Source of the DNA: an uncultured Candidatus Saccharibacteria bacterium
Lineage (GTDB): Bacteria > Patescibacteriota > Minisyncoccia > Minisyncoccales > CAZVLR01
Length of the DNA stretch: 61,873 nucleotides
Direction of reading: 5' to 3'
NCBI GenBank assembly: GCA_964628095.1
Contig: CAZVLR010000003.1
Location: 1 to 61,873 of the forward strand
Part shown: in pieces, positions 1 to 8,611 of the stretch
How the letters are laid out: every line of letters begins with the position of its first letter
How positions within the stretch are numbered: the stretch's first letter is position 1
Made by a program: the position numbers and the translations under genes
The notes under the pieces: generated by a model
What the model was told of the DNA's origin: nothing
The model's database searches: none
The model's input: only the letters and a program-made list of their open reading frames with translations

Positions 1-826
1 TTTCTATTAAGCTATCTGTGATGGTTTCGCCCACCCGTACTTTTTCTGCTTCCTTTACATTGGTGGCCAGATAACCGATTTCCCCAGCTTTTAATTCTTC
101 TTTGGCGGTTTTCTGAGGTAAAAAATAACCCAATTCTTTTACTTCGCCCGGCTTTTGCGCCTGGATTAAATGGATTTTTTTACCCTTTTGAATCCGGCCG
201 TCGATCACGCGCACGTAGGCAATTACGCCTTTGTAAAAATCGTATTGGGAGTCAAAAATCAAAGCGCGCAGCGGTTTTGATAAGTTGCCCTTGGGAGCCG
301 GCACCTTTTCAATCACCGCCTCTAAAAGCTGCTCGATGTTTTTTCCGTACTTTCCAGAAATCTCGTAAATGTCCTCCTTGGATATATCCAACAGCTCAGC
401 CATTTCTTCCTTAGTTTCTTCCACCCGGGCCTGGGGCGAATCGATTTTATTTACCGCCGGAATAATCACGAGCTTTTGCGCCCGGGCCAATTCCAAATTG
501 GCCAAGGTCTGCGCCTGCACGCCCTTGGTGGCGTCCACCAATAAAATCGCACCCTCGACTGCGGCCAAAGAACGAGAAACCTCGTAAGAAAAATCAACGT
601 GGCCGGGCGTATCGATCAAATTTAAAATATAATCTTTATAAATCATGCGCACGGGCTGCATTTTAATGGTAATCCCCTTTTCCCGTTCCAAATCCATCAT
701 GTCTAAAAACTGAGGCTTCATTTTTTCTTTTTTAATGGTGCCTGTCATTTCTAAAAACCGGTCCGCCAGCGTGGACTTTCCGTGATCAATATGCGAAATG
801 ATGCAAAAATTCCTAATGTGTTCCAC
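1..826 (-). CDS. lepA: Elongation factor 4 (LepA), N-terminal ~275 aa; the C-terminus lies beyond the left window edge
   Basis: Reverse-strand translation from GTG at 824-826 reads VEHIRNFCIISHIDHGKSTLADRFLE...[44 protein letters not shown]...PAVNKID. These are translational GTPase G1/G3/G4 motifs in LepA context. The frame stays open to position 1, so it is missing from the ORF track. Confidence 0.85.
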   Translation of the reverse strand, partial: MEHIRNFCIISHIDHGKSTLADRFLEMTGTIKKEKMKPQFLDMMDLEREKGITIKMQPVRMIYKDYILNLIDTPGHVDFSYEVSRSLAAVEGAILLVDATKGVQAQTLANLELARAQKLVIIPAVNKIDSPQARVEETKEEMAELLDISKEDIYEISGKYGKNIEQLLEAVIEKVPAPKGNLSKPLRALIFDSQYDFYKGVIAYVRVIDGRIQKGKKIHLIQAQKPGEVKELGYFLPQKTAKEELKAGEIGYLATNVKEAEKVRVGETITDSLIE

Positions 827-827
827 T

Positions 828-2231
828 TTAATTAACCTTTTTAATCTTTATTCTAAAAATCAAAAACAGAAAGAGAAACTGAAAAACGGCTGAAATCGAC
901 AAAGCCAGTGGCAAAGCCACGATATTTATCTTATCCAAATCCTTGATTGAAAGCAATTTAATAAAAGCCAAACTGAAAATATTCTGAAAAGAAAAAAGCC
1001 ACAAAAACAGAAAAGATAAACCAATGGTAGCCGCCATATCTAAAATACTGGAAAAAGCCGGGGTTTTGGTATCCTGCAAAGCATGAAAGGCTTTAGCTAC
1101 CAACAGATTAAGGCTTTGAGCAAAAAGCCCCAAGGCAAACATGCCCAAACAGGCGGCAGTTAAATTAACATCGGCTAAAGCAAACTTCCCCACTTTAAAA
1201 ATCAAACTGATAAAAAATTCTCTGAAAAAAAACACTACTAAACTGACCGGTACGATAAATATAATTATTTTATAAAAAGCGTCGTAAAATATCTTTAAGA
1301 ACTTATTCCTGTCTTTTTGGGAATTAGCCAGAGAAAGCTGGGGAAAGGCGGCGGTGGAAAAAGAATTACCAATAAAGGTTTGAATAGGCCGGCTCAAACT
1401 GCTGGCTAAATTAAAAACCGCAATACTGCCCGAAGCCAAGGTGGAAGCAATGGCTGTAACCACGATTAGATTTAACTGGTCTGCGGCCAAGCCCAAAGAA
1501 CGGGGTAAAGTTAAAAATGCCACCCGCTTTACGCCCTTATGCCTAAAATCAAGAATCTTTTGGTATTTAAAACCAATGCTAAAAAGCGCTGGAATTTGAA
1601 TTATTAAGTGTAAAAAAGCGCCCAAGACTACGCCCCAGGCCAAACCCGCTAAACCCCAATAAGGAACAAAGAATATAATGCCCAGAATAATGCCCAGGTT
1701 ATACATTACCGGCGCCAAAGAACTGATTAAAAACCGCTGGAACACCCGCAGAATGGCTGAAATAATATTGCTCAGCCCTAAAATAATCGGGCTTAAAAAC
1801 ATAATACGCGTTAGTAAAACTGTCATTTCTTTTTTCTGTTCGGAGAAACCCGGGGCAATGGCCGATAAAATCTGAGGGGTAAAAATTATCAATAAGGCGC
1901 AGATTAAAATTAAAAGGAGAAAAAAGACGTTCAATAAATTGGACAGAAACTGAAACGCCTCTTCTTTAGAGCGCACCAAGTGCTCGCTGAAAATCGGGAT
2001 AATCGCCGCCGAAATGGCGCCGATAATAAAAACCATGCTGATAAAGTCGGGAATGCGAAAAGCGGTATAATAAATATCGAGCTCGCTACTCGCTCCAAAA
2101 CTGCCCGCTAACAACCGATCCCGAAACAAGCCCAACAAGGCCGAAACAAAAGAGGTGGCGGCTAAAATAAAAGCGGCCGAATTTATCGTCTGAGTTTGGT
2201 GGTGCGAAATTTTATTCAAGAAATTTTTCAT
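828..2231 (-). CDS. murJ: Lipid II flippase MurJ (MviN family)
   Basis: 467-aa polytopic membrane ORF. The N-terminal region SAAFILAATSFVSALLGLFRDRLLAGSFGASSELDIYYTAFRIPDFI is typical of MurJ. Confidence 0.85.
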   Translation of the reverse strand: MKNFLNKISHHQTQTINSAAFILAATSFVSALLGLFRDRLLAGSFGASSELDIYYTAFRIPDFISMVFIIGAISAAIIPIFSEHLVRSKEEAFQFLSNLLNVFFLLLILICALLIIFTPQILSAIAPGFSEQKKEMTVLLTRIMFLSPIILGLSNIISAILRVFQRFLISSLAPVMYNLGIILGIIFFVPYWGLAGLAWGVVLGAFLHLIIQIPALFSIGFKYQKILDFRHKGVKRVAFLTLPRSLGLAADQLNLIVVTAIASTLASGSIAVFNLASSLSRPIQTFIGNSFSTAAFPQLSLANSQKDRNKFLKIFYDAFYKIIIFIVPVSLVVFFFREFFISLIFKVGKFALADVNLTAACLGMFALGLFAQSLNLLVAKAFHALQDTKTPAFSSILDMAATIGLSFLFLWLFSFQNIFSLAFIKLLSIKDLDKINIVALPLALSISAVFQFLFLFLIFRIKIKKVN

Positions 2232-2923
2232 AAGGGCCTGATAACAATAATCGGGGTTAACTGGGCTAGTTGGCCGGCCGGATTATCTTTTAAAATGTCC
2301 AAAACTAATTGCGATTTATCTTTCAAATCAAAGCTTTCGCCCAGCACCTTTCCGCCAATATCGTTTACGTCAACAATAACGCAGGAAATATTGTATCTGT
2401 CTTTTAAGTCCTGGCAGATTTTAGAGCAATCTTTAGGGCCCAAAATTCCCATTTGCCCGTATTCTGAAAAAGCCTTGTCGTAAAAACCGTCGATTTCCGA
2501 AATCTGATGCCCGGCTAAACGATAAAAATCCCCTTTCCGGCCAAAAATCTTTGAAACCGTACCGATTAAACCGGCAAACAATATCCGGGGTAAGCCGGCC
2601 AAGTTAATTGCTACCTGCATTTTTAAAGGATTGCCCACTGAAAAACCGTAAGGGGTTTTGCTGGCAAAGCGAGACAAGAAATTAGCCCAAAAGCCGACTT
2701 TTAAATCTTTTTTATAAACAATCCTCTTTTGAAAAATAGAAATTATCTTCTGGCCCAAAACCACAATGTCGCCCGCTTGAACGTTGGGTAGGACATATTT
2801 TTTAACCACTTCATCCAAAGAGTCTTTTTCTAAGATAAAATGGGTTTTTATCGGGTAACGAGCCCATTTTTTACCTCCTACTTCAATGATTAAGTTTTTT
2901 CCGGCATTTGGTTGAAAATCCAT
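2228..2923 (-). CDS. CofE-like (F420-0:gamma-glutamyl ligase family, PF01996-like) protein of unknown role
   Basis: The track ORF 2228..3301 is trimmed to the ATG at 2921-2923 (MDFQPNAGK...) because upstream it overlaps RNase P RNA. Blocks GDIVVLGQKIISIFQ, VIVDVNDIG and TPIIVIR resemble CofE. The stop overlaps the murJ start by 4 nt. Confidence 0.55.
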   Translation of the reverse strand: MDFQPNAGKNLIIEVGGKKWARYPIKTHFILEKDSLDEVVKKYVLPNVQAGDIVVLGQKIISIFQKRIVYKKDLKVGFWANFLSRFASKTPYGFSVGNPLKMQVAINLAGLPRILFAGLIGTVSKIFGRKGDFYRLAGHQISEIDGFYDKAFSEYGQMGILGPKDCSKICQDLKDRYNISCVIVDVNDIGGKVLGESFDLKDKSQLVLDILKDNPAGQLAQLTPIIVIRPL

Positions 2924-2976
2924 ACTATTTAAAGCTGTATGGTTTATTTTAGTATTAAAACGGCCTTTTTTCAAGC

Positions 2977-3006
2977 TTGACAAATGAAGAAACTTCTTGG
3001 TAAAAT
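2977..3006 (+). promoter_or_regulatory. Sigma-70-type promoter for RNase P RNA
   Basis: TTGACA (2977-2982), an 18-nt spacer, then TAAAAT (3001-3006). The predicted TSS around 3013 coincides with the 5' end of the P1 helix. Confidence 0.6.
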
Positions 3007-3012
3007 ATAGGT

Positions 3013-3366
3013 GTCCTGGTAAGCCGGGTGATCGCTCTCTCCTTTGGAGAGGGAGGAAAGTCCGAACTTTCATTTCCGTAAATACGGATCTAAAAAGGTA
3101 GCGGGTAACGCCCGCCGTCCGCAAGGATAGAGGTGCGAGCAGAGACGCCAAGGGCTTGAAAAGGCCCTGGTATCCTAGAAATAGGATAAGCCTTAAAGGC
3201 AACTTTAAGGGTGAAACGGCCAAATCCTTACTGAAAGCAAGAGCAAACCTGGAAAGAATTACATGATTCTTATTCAGTGAAAAGTAGCTCGCTCGAGGCA
3301 ATTGGTAACAATCGCCCCAGACAGATGATCATTTAAACAGAATTCGGCTTATGAGCTTACCGGGAC
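3013..3366 (+). ncRNA. rnpB: RNase P RNA, bacterial type A
   Basis: Universally conserved GGAGGGAGGAAAGTCCGAAC (CR-I, P4 5' strand) at ~3047-3066 and ACAGAATTCGGCTTA (CR-V) at ~3346-3360. P1 pairing is CCTGGTAAGC (3015-3024) with GCTTACCGGG (3355-3364). A promoter lies upstream and a terminator downstream. Confidence 0.92.
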
Positions 3367-3371
3367 AAGAA

Positions 3372-3408
3372 AAAAGAGTTCAGTTTAGTTGAACTCTTTT
3401 TTGTTTTG
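3372..3408. terminator. Bidirectional intrinsic terminator (rnpB on plus, membrane-protein gene on minus)
   Basis: Stem AAAGAGTTCA / TGAACTCTTT with a 7-nt loop. An A-run lies upstream and TTTTGTTTT downstream. Confidence 0.8.
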
Positions 3409-3424
3409 AATCACTTTATTTTAA

Positions 3425-3862
3425 TTAAATAAAAAACATTATTGTACTGAAAATAACCACCATCTCAACCATCAAACTGGCCGCTATCAACAAGCTGTGA
3501 CAATATTTCTTAAACTTATACAAGGGGTGAAAGACAAAGAGAAAAAATAACAAAGCAAATAACAAATCTTCTGCAGATTGGTCTATAAAAAATTTAGCCA
3601 CTATTATTGTTCCGGTTGCCGCTATAATTGGCATATTTCTAAAAAGCCTGATCAATTCAATTTTTCCTCCTATAATAAGTATGCTCAATAAAAAGTTGCC
3701 AATAATTAAGACCATGACTAAAACCATGGATTCGGCTTTCACCACTAATTTACCGTAGAAAAAAGCTGCAATAACAAAAAAGGTTATTGCCAACTCATGC
3801 AGAATAACTGTTTTAGTATTAATCTTTTTAACCTTTTCTATTTCTTCCTGGTTTATTTCCAC
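3425..3862 (-). CDS. Hypothetical integral membrane protein (4-5 TM)
   Basis: 145-aa hydrophobic ORF. GTG start preceded by AAAGGAGG 8 nt upstream. A TTGACA-type promoter lies at ~3940-3950. Confidence 0.6.
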   Translation of the reverse strand: MEINQEEIEKVKKINTKTVILHELAITFFVIAAFFYGKLVVKAESMVLVMVLIIGNFLLSILIIGGKIELIRLFRNMPIIAATGTIIVAKFFIDQSAEDLLFALLFFLFVFHPLYKFKKYCHSLLIAASLMVEMVVIFSTIMFFI

Positions 3863-3952
3863 AATTCACGCCTCCTTTCTTTCCCTATTATTTTTTAAAA
3901 CAGCTTTAAGATTAAATATTGTATAATATGAAGATATTTTTGTCAATGGTGG

Positions 3953-4393
3953 TTAGAATAAGCTTTTCCGACTCCCCTGTTGGTCCAAGCTTTCATTAAC
4001 TAGCCGGTCCGCTTCCTTGTTTTTCTCCCTGGGAATAAGCTTAAATTTCACTTTTTTAAAATCCAGCTTTAAATTCCAAACCTCCATAAACAATTGCTGG
4101 ATATGCGGTTCCATCACTTTATACTCGGCATTCATCTGCCTTACCAATAATTCTGAATCGCATCGAACCTCAACCTCTGAGGTTTCCGCTATTTTCTTGC
4201 CAAAGAGCGCCTTGAATTTTTTCAACCCAAAGATTACCGCTTCGTATTCGGCTTCGTTATTGGTTTTCTCGCCCAAAAACTCTGAATACTCCTTTATCTT
4301 CTGTTCGTTTTCATTGCAAAAAACCACGCCAATAGATGAGGGGCCGGGATTACCCCGAGAACCTCCGTCAGTATAAATAATTATTTGTTTCAT
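3953..4393 (-). CDS. rnhA: Ribonuclease HI
   Basis: IIIYTDGGSRGNPGPSSIGVV...NNEAEYEAVIFGLKK...CDSELLVRQM...NKEADRL matches the DEDD catalytic motif pattern of type 1 RNase H. Confidence 0.8.
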   Translation of the reverse strand: MKQIIIYTDGGSRGNPGPSSIGVVFCNENEQKIKEYSEFLGEKTNNEAEYEAVIFGLKKFKALFGKKIAETSEVEVRCDSELLVRQMNAEYKVMEPHIQQLFMEVWNLKLDFKKVKFKLIPREKNKEADRLVNESLDQQGSRKSLF

Positions 4394-4394
4394 A

Positions 4395-6509
4395 TTATTG
4401 TTTTTTAAGAATCATGCCACTTTTTAAAACTAATTCAATTGTACCCGAAATATCGGAACCGTAAATATCTTCGTAGGTATCCGAACCCAGATTTATGGAA
4501 GCATTACCGCTGGAAATATTCACCAAGATTAGGGCTTTTTCGTATTCGCGCTCATAAACGTTTGGGTTGTCGCTTCTTTGATGGTAGTTTTCAAGCGGGG
4601 CACCCAAAGGCGTATCCCAGTATTCAAAATAGGGGAAGTTTTTATCGCCAAAGGCATAGCCAAAATAGGCATATCTTTCCTTGGCTAAAAGAAAAGAGCA
4701 AAAAGAAAACATGGCGTGCTTTTTTATGGTTTCAGTATAGATTTCTGAAAATCCTCCCTCGGGCACGACCAAAACTATTTTGTTTTGGGAATGGGTTGCT
4801 AATTTATTTACCTGTATTAGCCATTTATCCAAGGCAATATTAATATCAAAAGGCCCTTCCATATAAGCGCCGTCGGCATAGGATAAAAATTCCGGGTCGT
4901 TGTCGACGCCGCTGGTGGTAAAACCATTATAAATTAACAATTTCCCTCCAATTTTACTTTTGGTGCTATTGAGTAGCTGTACGGCCTCGTTCTTTACGTT
5001 GATAGTGGCTAAATTGGCTAAAACCCGGTAATTCACAACCACAGCGACACCTGTTGGCGCGTCGGATGACAGATATATTTTTTTATTCGCAATATCGATA
5101 TTGTCAACAGTGTAAGATTCGCCACTTGCTGAATTTTTTACCGTCGCCACCAAACAGCTAGGGTCGGAATCAGGAGTTTGCAAAATGTTAACGAGTTTCT
5201 GGCCCCCCTGCTCTTGGATTGTGGTATTTTCCAAAACGCCTCCGCAATTGTTGTTAAGATTAATATAGCCTATAAGCTCATCGTAGAACAAGCCGTCCAT
5301 GGTAGGCACATTTATTAAATGGCTTTGATTGTAATCGGTAAACTGCTCCCGCCAGTTAGAATCTGACCAGTTGTAGCGATGAAGCCCATTATAGCCGTTT
5401 CTAAGAATTCTGGTTTCTTTTTGAACCGGTTGCCCGAGCTGGTGCAAAAACCAGTCTTCATGCGTATTGGCTTCCACGTGCCAATTGTAACGCCAATCTT
5501 CTTGGTTTTGGAATAAGGCCAAATATTCTGTCCAGTAGGCAGATTCGGCATAGTCAACCACCGGGATATCAGATAACTGATCAATTAAATAATATCTGCC
5601 ATCGCTTAAAAGAGCGCCGGAAACAGACAAATCAATATGCCCTTGGTCGATAATAAATGTTTTTATGCTGCTGCCCGTGTAAACTGTCGGGGTGCCGGAG
5701 TTGGGATAATAAGTGGCGTGCGTGGTATTGTAATTGGTGTTGGTAATTTTAACTTCTTTGTTTAGGGCCGCCACCAAACAATCAAAGGGGCAGTTATTTT
5801 TGTCTTCTCCTATGCCGCAAACTCCATTACCACAAGTAGACCCTCCCGGTATTGGAACGGACATTACCACCTGCGAATTACCGCACAAAGGAACCGTTTT
5901 TAAGCCTGCTCTTTTAGTTAAGTCCGAAATATCACATTCCAAGCCCAAGTCTTCTGAACAATAACTAATGCCGTAATGGCAGGGACTCTCCTCTGTGCCC
6001 AGATTAATAGAAGTATATCCGTAAATATAGCGGTACTTTGAATTATTAACCGGGTCTTTGGGCGGACCGTCGGGGAACCAATCTTTTAGGATTTCTTTAA
6101 AGCTATTACCCCAGTCAGATCCCCCATTAATGCTGCCGTCTCCTACAGAGGCAGCTGCCAAACAATAAAGATTGTCTGCGTCTTCCAAACAGCTTTGGGT
6201 CGGATCGCAAAGAACATTCCAAAATGCATCTGGCCCGCCTTCCCCAAGGCAAGCTGCCGCTTCAGAACCGTTGGGGTTGGGATAATACCCGTAAAAAGTA
6301 TAATGGGCGTTAAGCGCCAGCCTTAATTGGTTGGTTTCAGCCGCTCTCTTGGCGTCTCGGCCCTCCTTCTTGGCGCTATCAAGCACTATGAAAACAATCG
6401 TGGTAAGAAGCCCGATAATAGCAATTACCACCAATATTTCAATTAAGGTAAAGCTCTTTCTCTTTTTACGCATAAATTGCAAAATTTTATTTTGTTTGGT
6501 CCCTTTCAT
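4395..6509 (-). CDS. Large pilin-signal protein: prepilin-type N-terminal methylation/cleavage motif, Cys-rich middle, large C-terminal globular domain (possibly glycoside-hydrolase-like)
   Basis: The N-terminus has KRKSFTLIEILVVIAIIGLLTTIVF, a class III signal with the conserved Glu at +5. Cys-rich segments include CGNGVCGIGEDKNNCPFDC. The C-terminal ~400 aa have no confident assignment. Confidence 0.6.
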   Translation of the reverse strand: MKGTKQNKILQFMRKKRKSFTLIEILVVIAIIGLLTTIVFIVLDSAKKEGRDAKRAAETNQLRLALNAHYTFYGYYPNPNGSEAAACLGEGGPDAFWNVLCDPTQSCLEDADNLYCLAAASVGDGSINGGSDWGNSFKEILKDWFPDGPPKDPVNNSKYRYIYGYTSINLGTEESPCHYGISYCSEDLGLECDISDLTKRAGLKTVPLCGNSQVVMSVPIPGGSTCGNGVCGIGEDKNNCPFDCLVAALNKEVKITNTNYNTTHATYYPNSGTPTVYTGSSIKTFIIDQGHIDLSVSGALLSDGRYYLIDQLSDIPVVDYAESAYWTEYLALFQNQEDWRYNWHVEANTHEDWFLHQLGQPVQKETRILRNGYNGLHRYNWSDSNWREQFTDYNQSHLINVPTMDGLFYDELIGYINLNNNCGGVLENTTIQEQGGQKLVNILQTPDSDPSCLVATVKNSASGESYTVDNIDIANKKIYLSSDAPTGVAVVVNYRVLANLATINVKNEAVQLLNSTKSKIGGKLLIYNGFTTSGVDNDPEFLSYADGAYMEGPFDINIALDKWLIQVNKLATHSQNKIVLVVPEGGFSEIYTETIKKHAMFSFCSFLLAKERYAYFGYAFGDKNFPYFEYWDTPLGAPLENYHQRSDNPNVYEREYEKALILVNISSGNASINLGSDTYEDIYGSDISGTIELVLKSGMILKKQ

Positions 6510-6512
6510 TGT

Positions 6513-7427
6513 TTATTTTCTGGGTGAAAGCAAATAAATAGGGGAAAATTTAGCGCTAATATAGTCGTTGCTATAGCCCCTTCTCAATATCCGGAAGTGT
6601 TTGTTTAATTCTTTTTCACTCTCCTGTTTTGACAATCCGCTCCACTGAACTGTTTTCATATCATAAAAAGCAGAAATAAAATTTCGGTAAGTTTTTTCGA
6701 TCATTATTTTTTCTTCGGGTTTGGCAATTTTAATCGCTTCCTCTTTAACTTTATTATAATATTTAAACATATTATTAAGCTTAATCGGTTTATTCTCTTT
6801 TTCTTTATAAAACAAACGATACATTGATAAAATTGAAATATTATTGCCTACTTGTTGACCGGTAATTTCCCCTCTTAGGGTGGCTTTAGTTTGTTTTAAT
6901 AAGAATAAGGGTAAGTTAAATTTAATAATCGCCGGAGTAAAAAAATTATGTCGCGTTAGCCAAAAACCAGAATCTTTAAGAATCCGCCTAACCTCAGCGA
7001 ATAATTGATCGTGCCGCTTATTTTCAACATTACAAATTACTTCATCGCCAATAACTAAATCAAAGTAATTTTTTTCAAAAGGTATCTGGAGCCAATTGCC
7101 CTTAACAAACTTTTCTTTCGGATTTTTAACATAAACCAGAGAAGTCATTGCTTGATACATTTCCGGCGTTAAATCCAAACAAAAAACCCTTATCTCTTTA
7201 TTTAATGATAAATCTCTTAAGATGTCCCTGATCCGGGGAGAGCTGCCCATTAGTAAAACTTTTGCGGCTTTTTTATTCTTTAAAATTCTAGCGATATTCT
7301 TAGCGTAAATTAGGCAGTCATCAGAACTAGGACGGTTGGGTGGTAACGCCCTAGTATAAATCTGGGCAACCTTTCTCCATTTTTCTCTTACTAATAATTT
7401 TTCTTTGTTCTGTTTTTTTTGAATCAT
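6513..7427 (-). CDS. Putative class I SAM-dependent methyltransferase
   Basis: Rossmann-like pattern KVLLMGSSP...VFCLDLTPEMY...DLVIGDEVICNV...ILKDSGFW. The similarity is weak. Confidence 0.45.
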   Translation of the reverse strand: MIQKKQNKEKLLVREKWRKVAQIYTRALPPNRPSSDDCLIYAKNIARILKNKKAAKVLLMGSSPRIRDILRDLSLNKEIRVFCLDLTPEMYQAMTSLVYVKNPKEKFVKGNWLQIPFEKNYFDLVIGDEVICNVENKRHDQLFAEVRRILKDSGFWLTRHNFFTPAIIKFNLPLFLLKQTKATLRGEITGQQVGNNISILSMYRLFYKEKENKPIKLNNMFKYYNKVKEEAIKIAKPEEKIMIEKTYRNFISAFYDMKTVQWSGLSKQESEKELNKHFRILRRGYSNDYISAKFSPIYLLSPRK

Positions 7428-7450
7428 AATCTTAAACCTTTAATTTAAAA

Positions 7451-8611
7451 TTATTTGTTTTCTTCAAAATATTCTATTAAGCAGGCTTTTAGCTCCTCCA
7501 GGGTTTCATTCTTGGCACTGCCTCCGCCTGCAGGCGGATGGCCGCCAAAAAGGGTAAAATACTTGGCGCATTTTTTCATGGCCTCCATGCCGTTTTTCCC
7601 CTCGGGCGCCCTAAACACTAAAAAAGAAAGCCCCTCGTTTTTTTTGTAAAGAAAAACCGGCTTTTGATGCTTTTGGCAAACACGGGAAGATACCGCACCC
7701 AATAAAGTTCTCGACCAAGCCGAACTGCCTTCAAAAATAATGGCTTCGGGCTGTTTCATAGAAACAATGCTTTCCACCTGTTCTGTAATTTTTTTAATTT
7801 CCGCCTGCTTTTGCAGTCTTTTTTTTACCAACTCTTCAACTAAATATTTTACTTCTTCGGGAGAACTGGAAGTAAGTAATAAATAGGTTTCATTTTGATG
7901 TTCTGTTAAATCTGAAATATTCAAATTGTAGATTATTTTCTGGGCCGCCTGACGCGTACTCACACTTTCTCTAATTTCATAATTTTCAAACAGGGCTTTA
8001 ATGCCCGGCCGCCAGCTGTTTTCCAGAGAAATCAAGCCCTCGTTAATCATCGATTCGTTTTCATCTTCTTCGGGCATCATATCGGCCAAAGTGGCTAAGG
8101 CCACCAATTCTAAAAAACTCTGCTTTAAAGAGTCGTTTAATTTATCTTTTAAAATCTCCTGGCAAAGCTTAAAAGTTAAGCCGGCTGAAGAAAATAATTT
8201 AAAAGGATATTTATCGCCCGGTTGCTTGGGATCAACGATAATAGAGGCCTGGGGCAGCTTTTGCAAAATTTCGTGGTGGTCCGCCACCAATACTTCAAAG
8301 CCTAAAGTATTGGCCAATTTAATCTCTTCAAAATTGCCAATGCCGCAATCTAAAGTAACAAGCAGAGCCGGGCTAAATTGCTTTAAATACCCCTTGAGCA
8401 CCTTGGGATTTAAGCCGTGGCCTTCGTTCTCGCGGTCGCACAAAGCAACAATCACCTGGCCCGAGCCTAAATTCTGGAGAGTTTCTTTTAAGATAATAAC
8501 AGAAGCGACGCCGTCCAAATCGGCATCGCCAAAAAGTATAATATTCTCTTTTTTCTGGGCCGCTTTGATTATTCTCTTGGCGGCCTTTTTAAGATTTTTA
8601 ATCTCTTTCAT
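7451..8611 (-). CDS. RecJ-like DHH/DHHA1 family phosphoesterase (short form, no OB domain)
   Basis: Motifs GDADLDGV, LDCG, ADHHE and the C-terminal GGHPPAGG (DHHA1) are present. Confidence 0.7.
   Translation of the reverse strand: MKEIKNLKKAAKRIIKAAQKKENIILFGDADLDGVASVIILKETLQNLGSGQVIVALCDRENEGHGLNPKVLKGYLKQFSPALLVTLDCGIGNFEEIKLANTLGFEVLVADHHEILQKLPQASIIVDPKQPGDKYPFKLFSSAGLTFKLCQEILKDKLNDSLKQSFLELVALATLADMMPEEDENESMINEGLISLENSWRPGIKALFENYEIRESVSTRQAAQKIIYNLNISDLTEHQNETYLLLTSSSPEEVKYLVEELVKKRLQKQAEIKKITEQVESIVSMKQPEAIIFEGSSAWSRTLLGAVSSRVCQKHQKPVFLYKKNEGLSFLVFRAPEGKNGMEAMKKCAKYFTLFGGHPPAGGGSAKNETLEELKACLIEYFEENK

Noticed and set aside
2924-3301. N-terminal 126 codons of the 357-aa track ORF (2228..3301, minus strand).
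   Set aside because: This part lies antisense to RNase P RNA (3013-3366) and its promoter, and translates to low-complexity L/P/R-rich sequence. The CofE-like homology begins only after the internal ATG at 2923.
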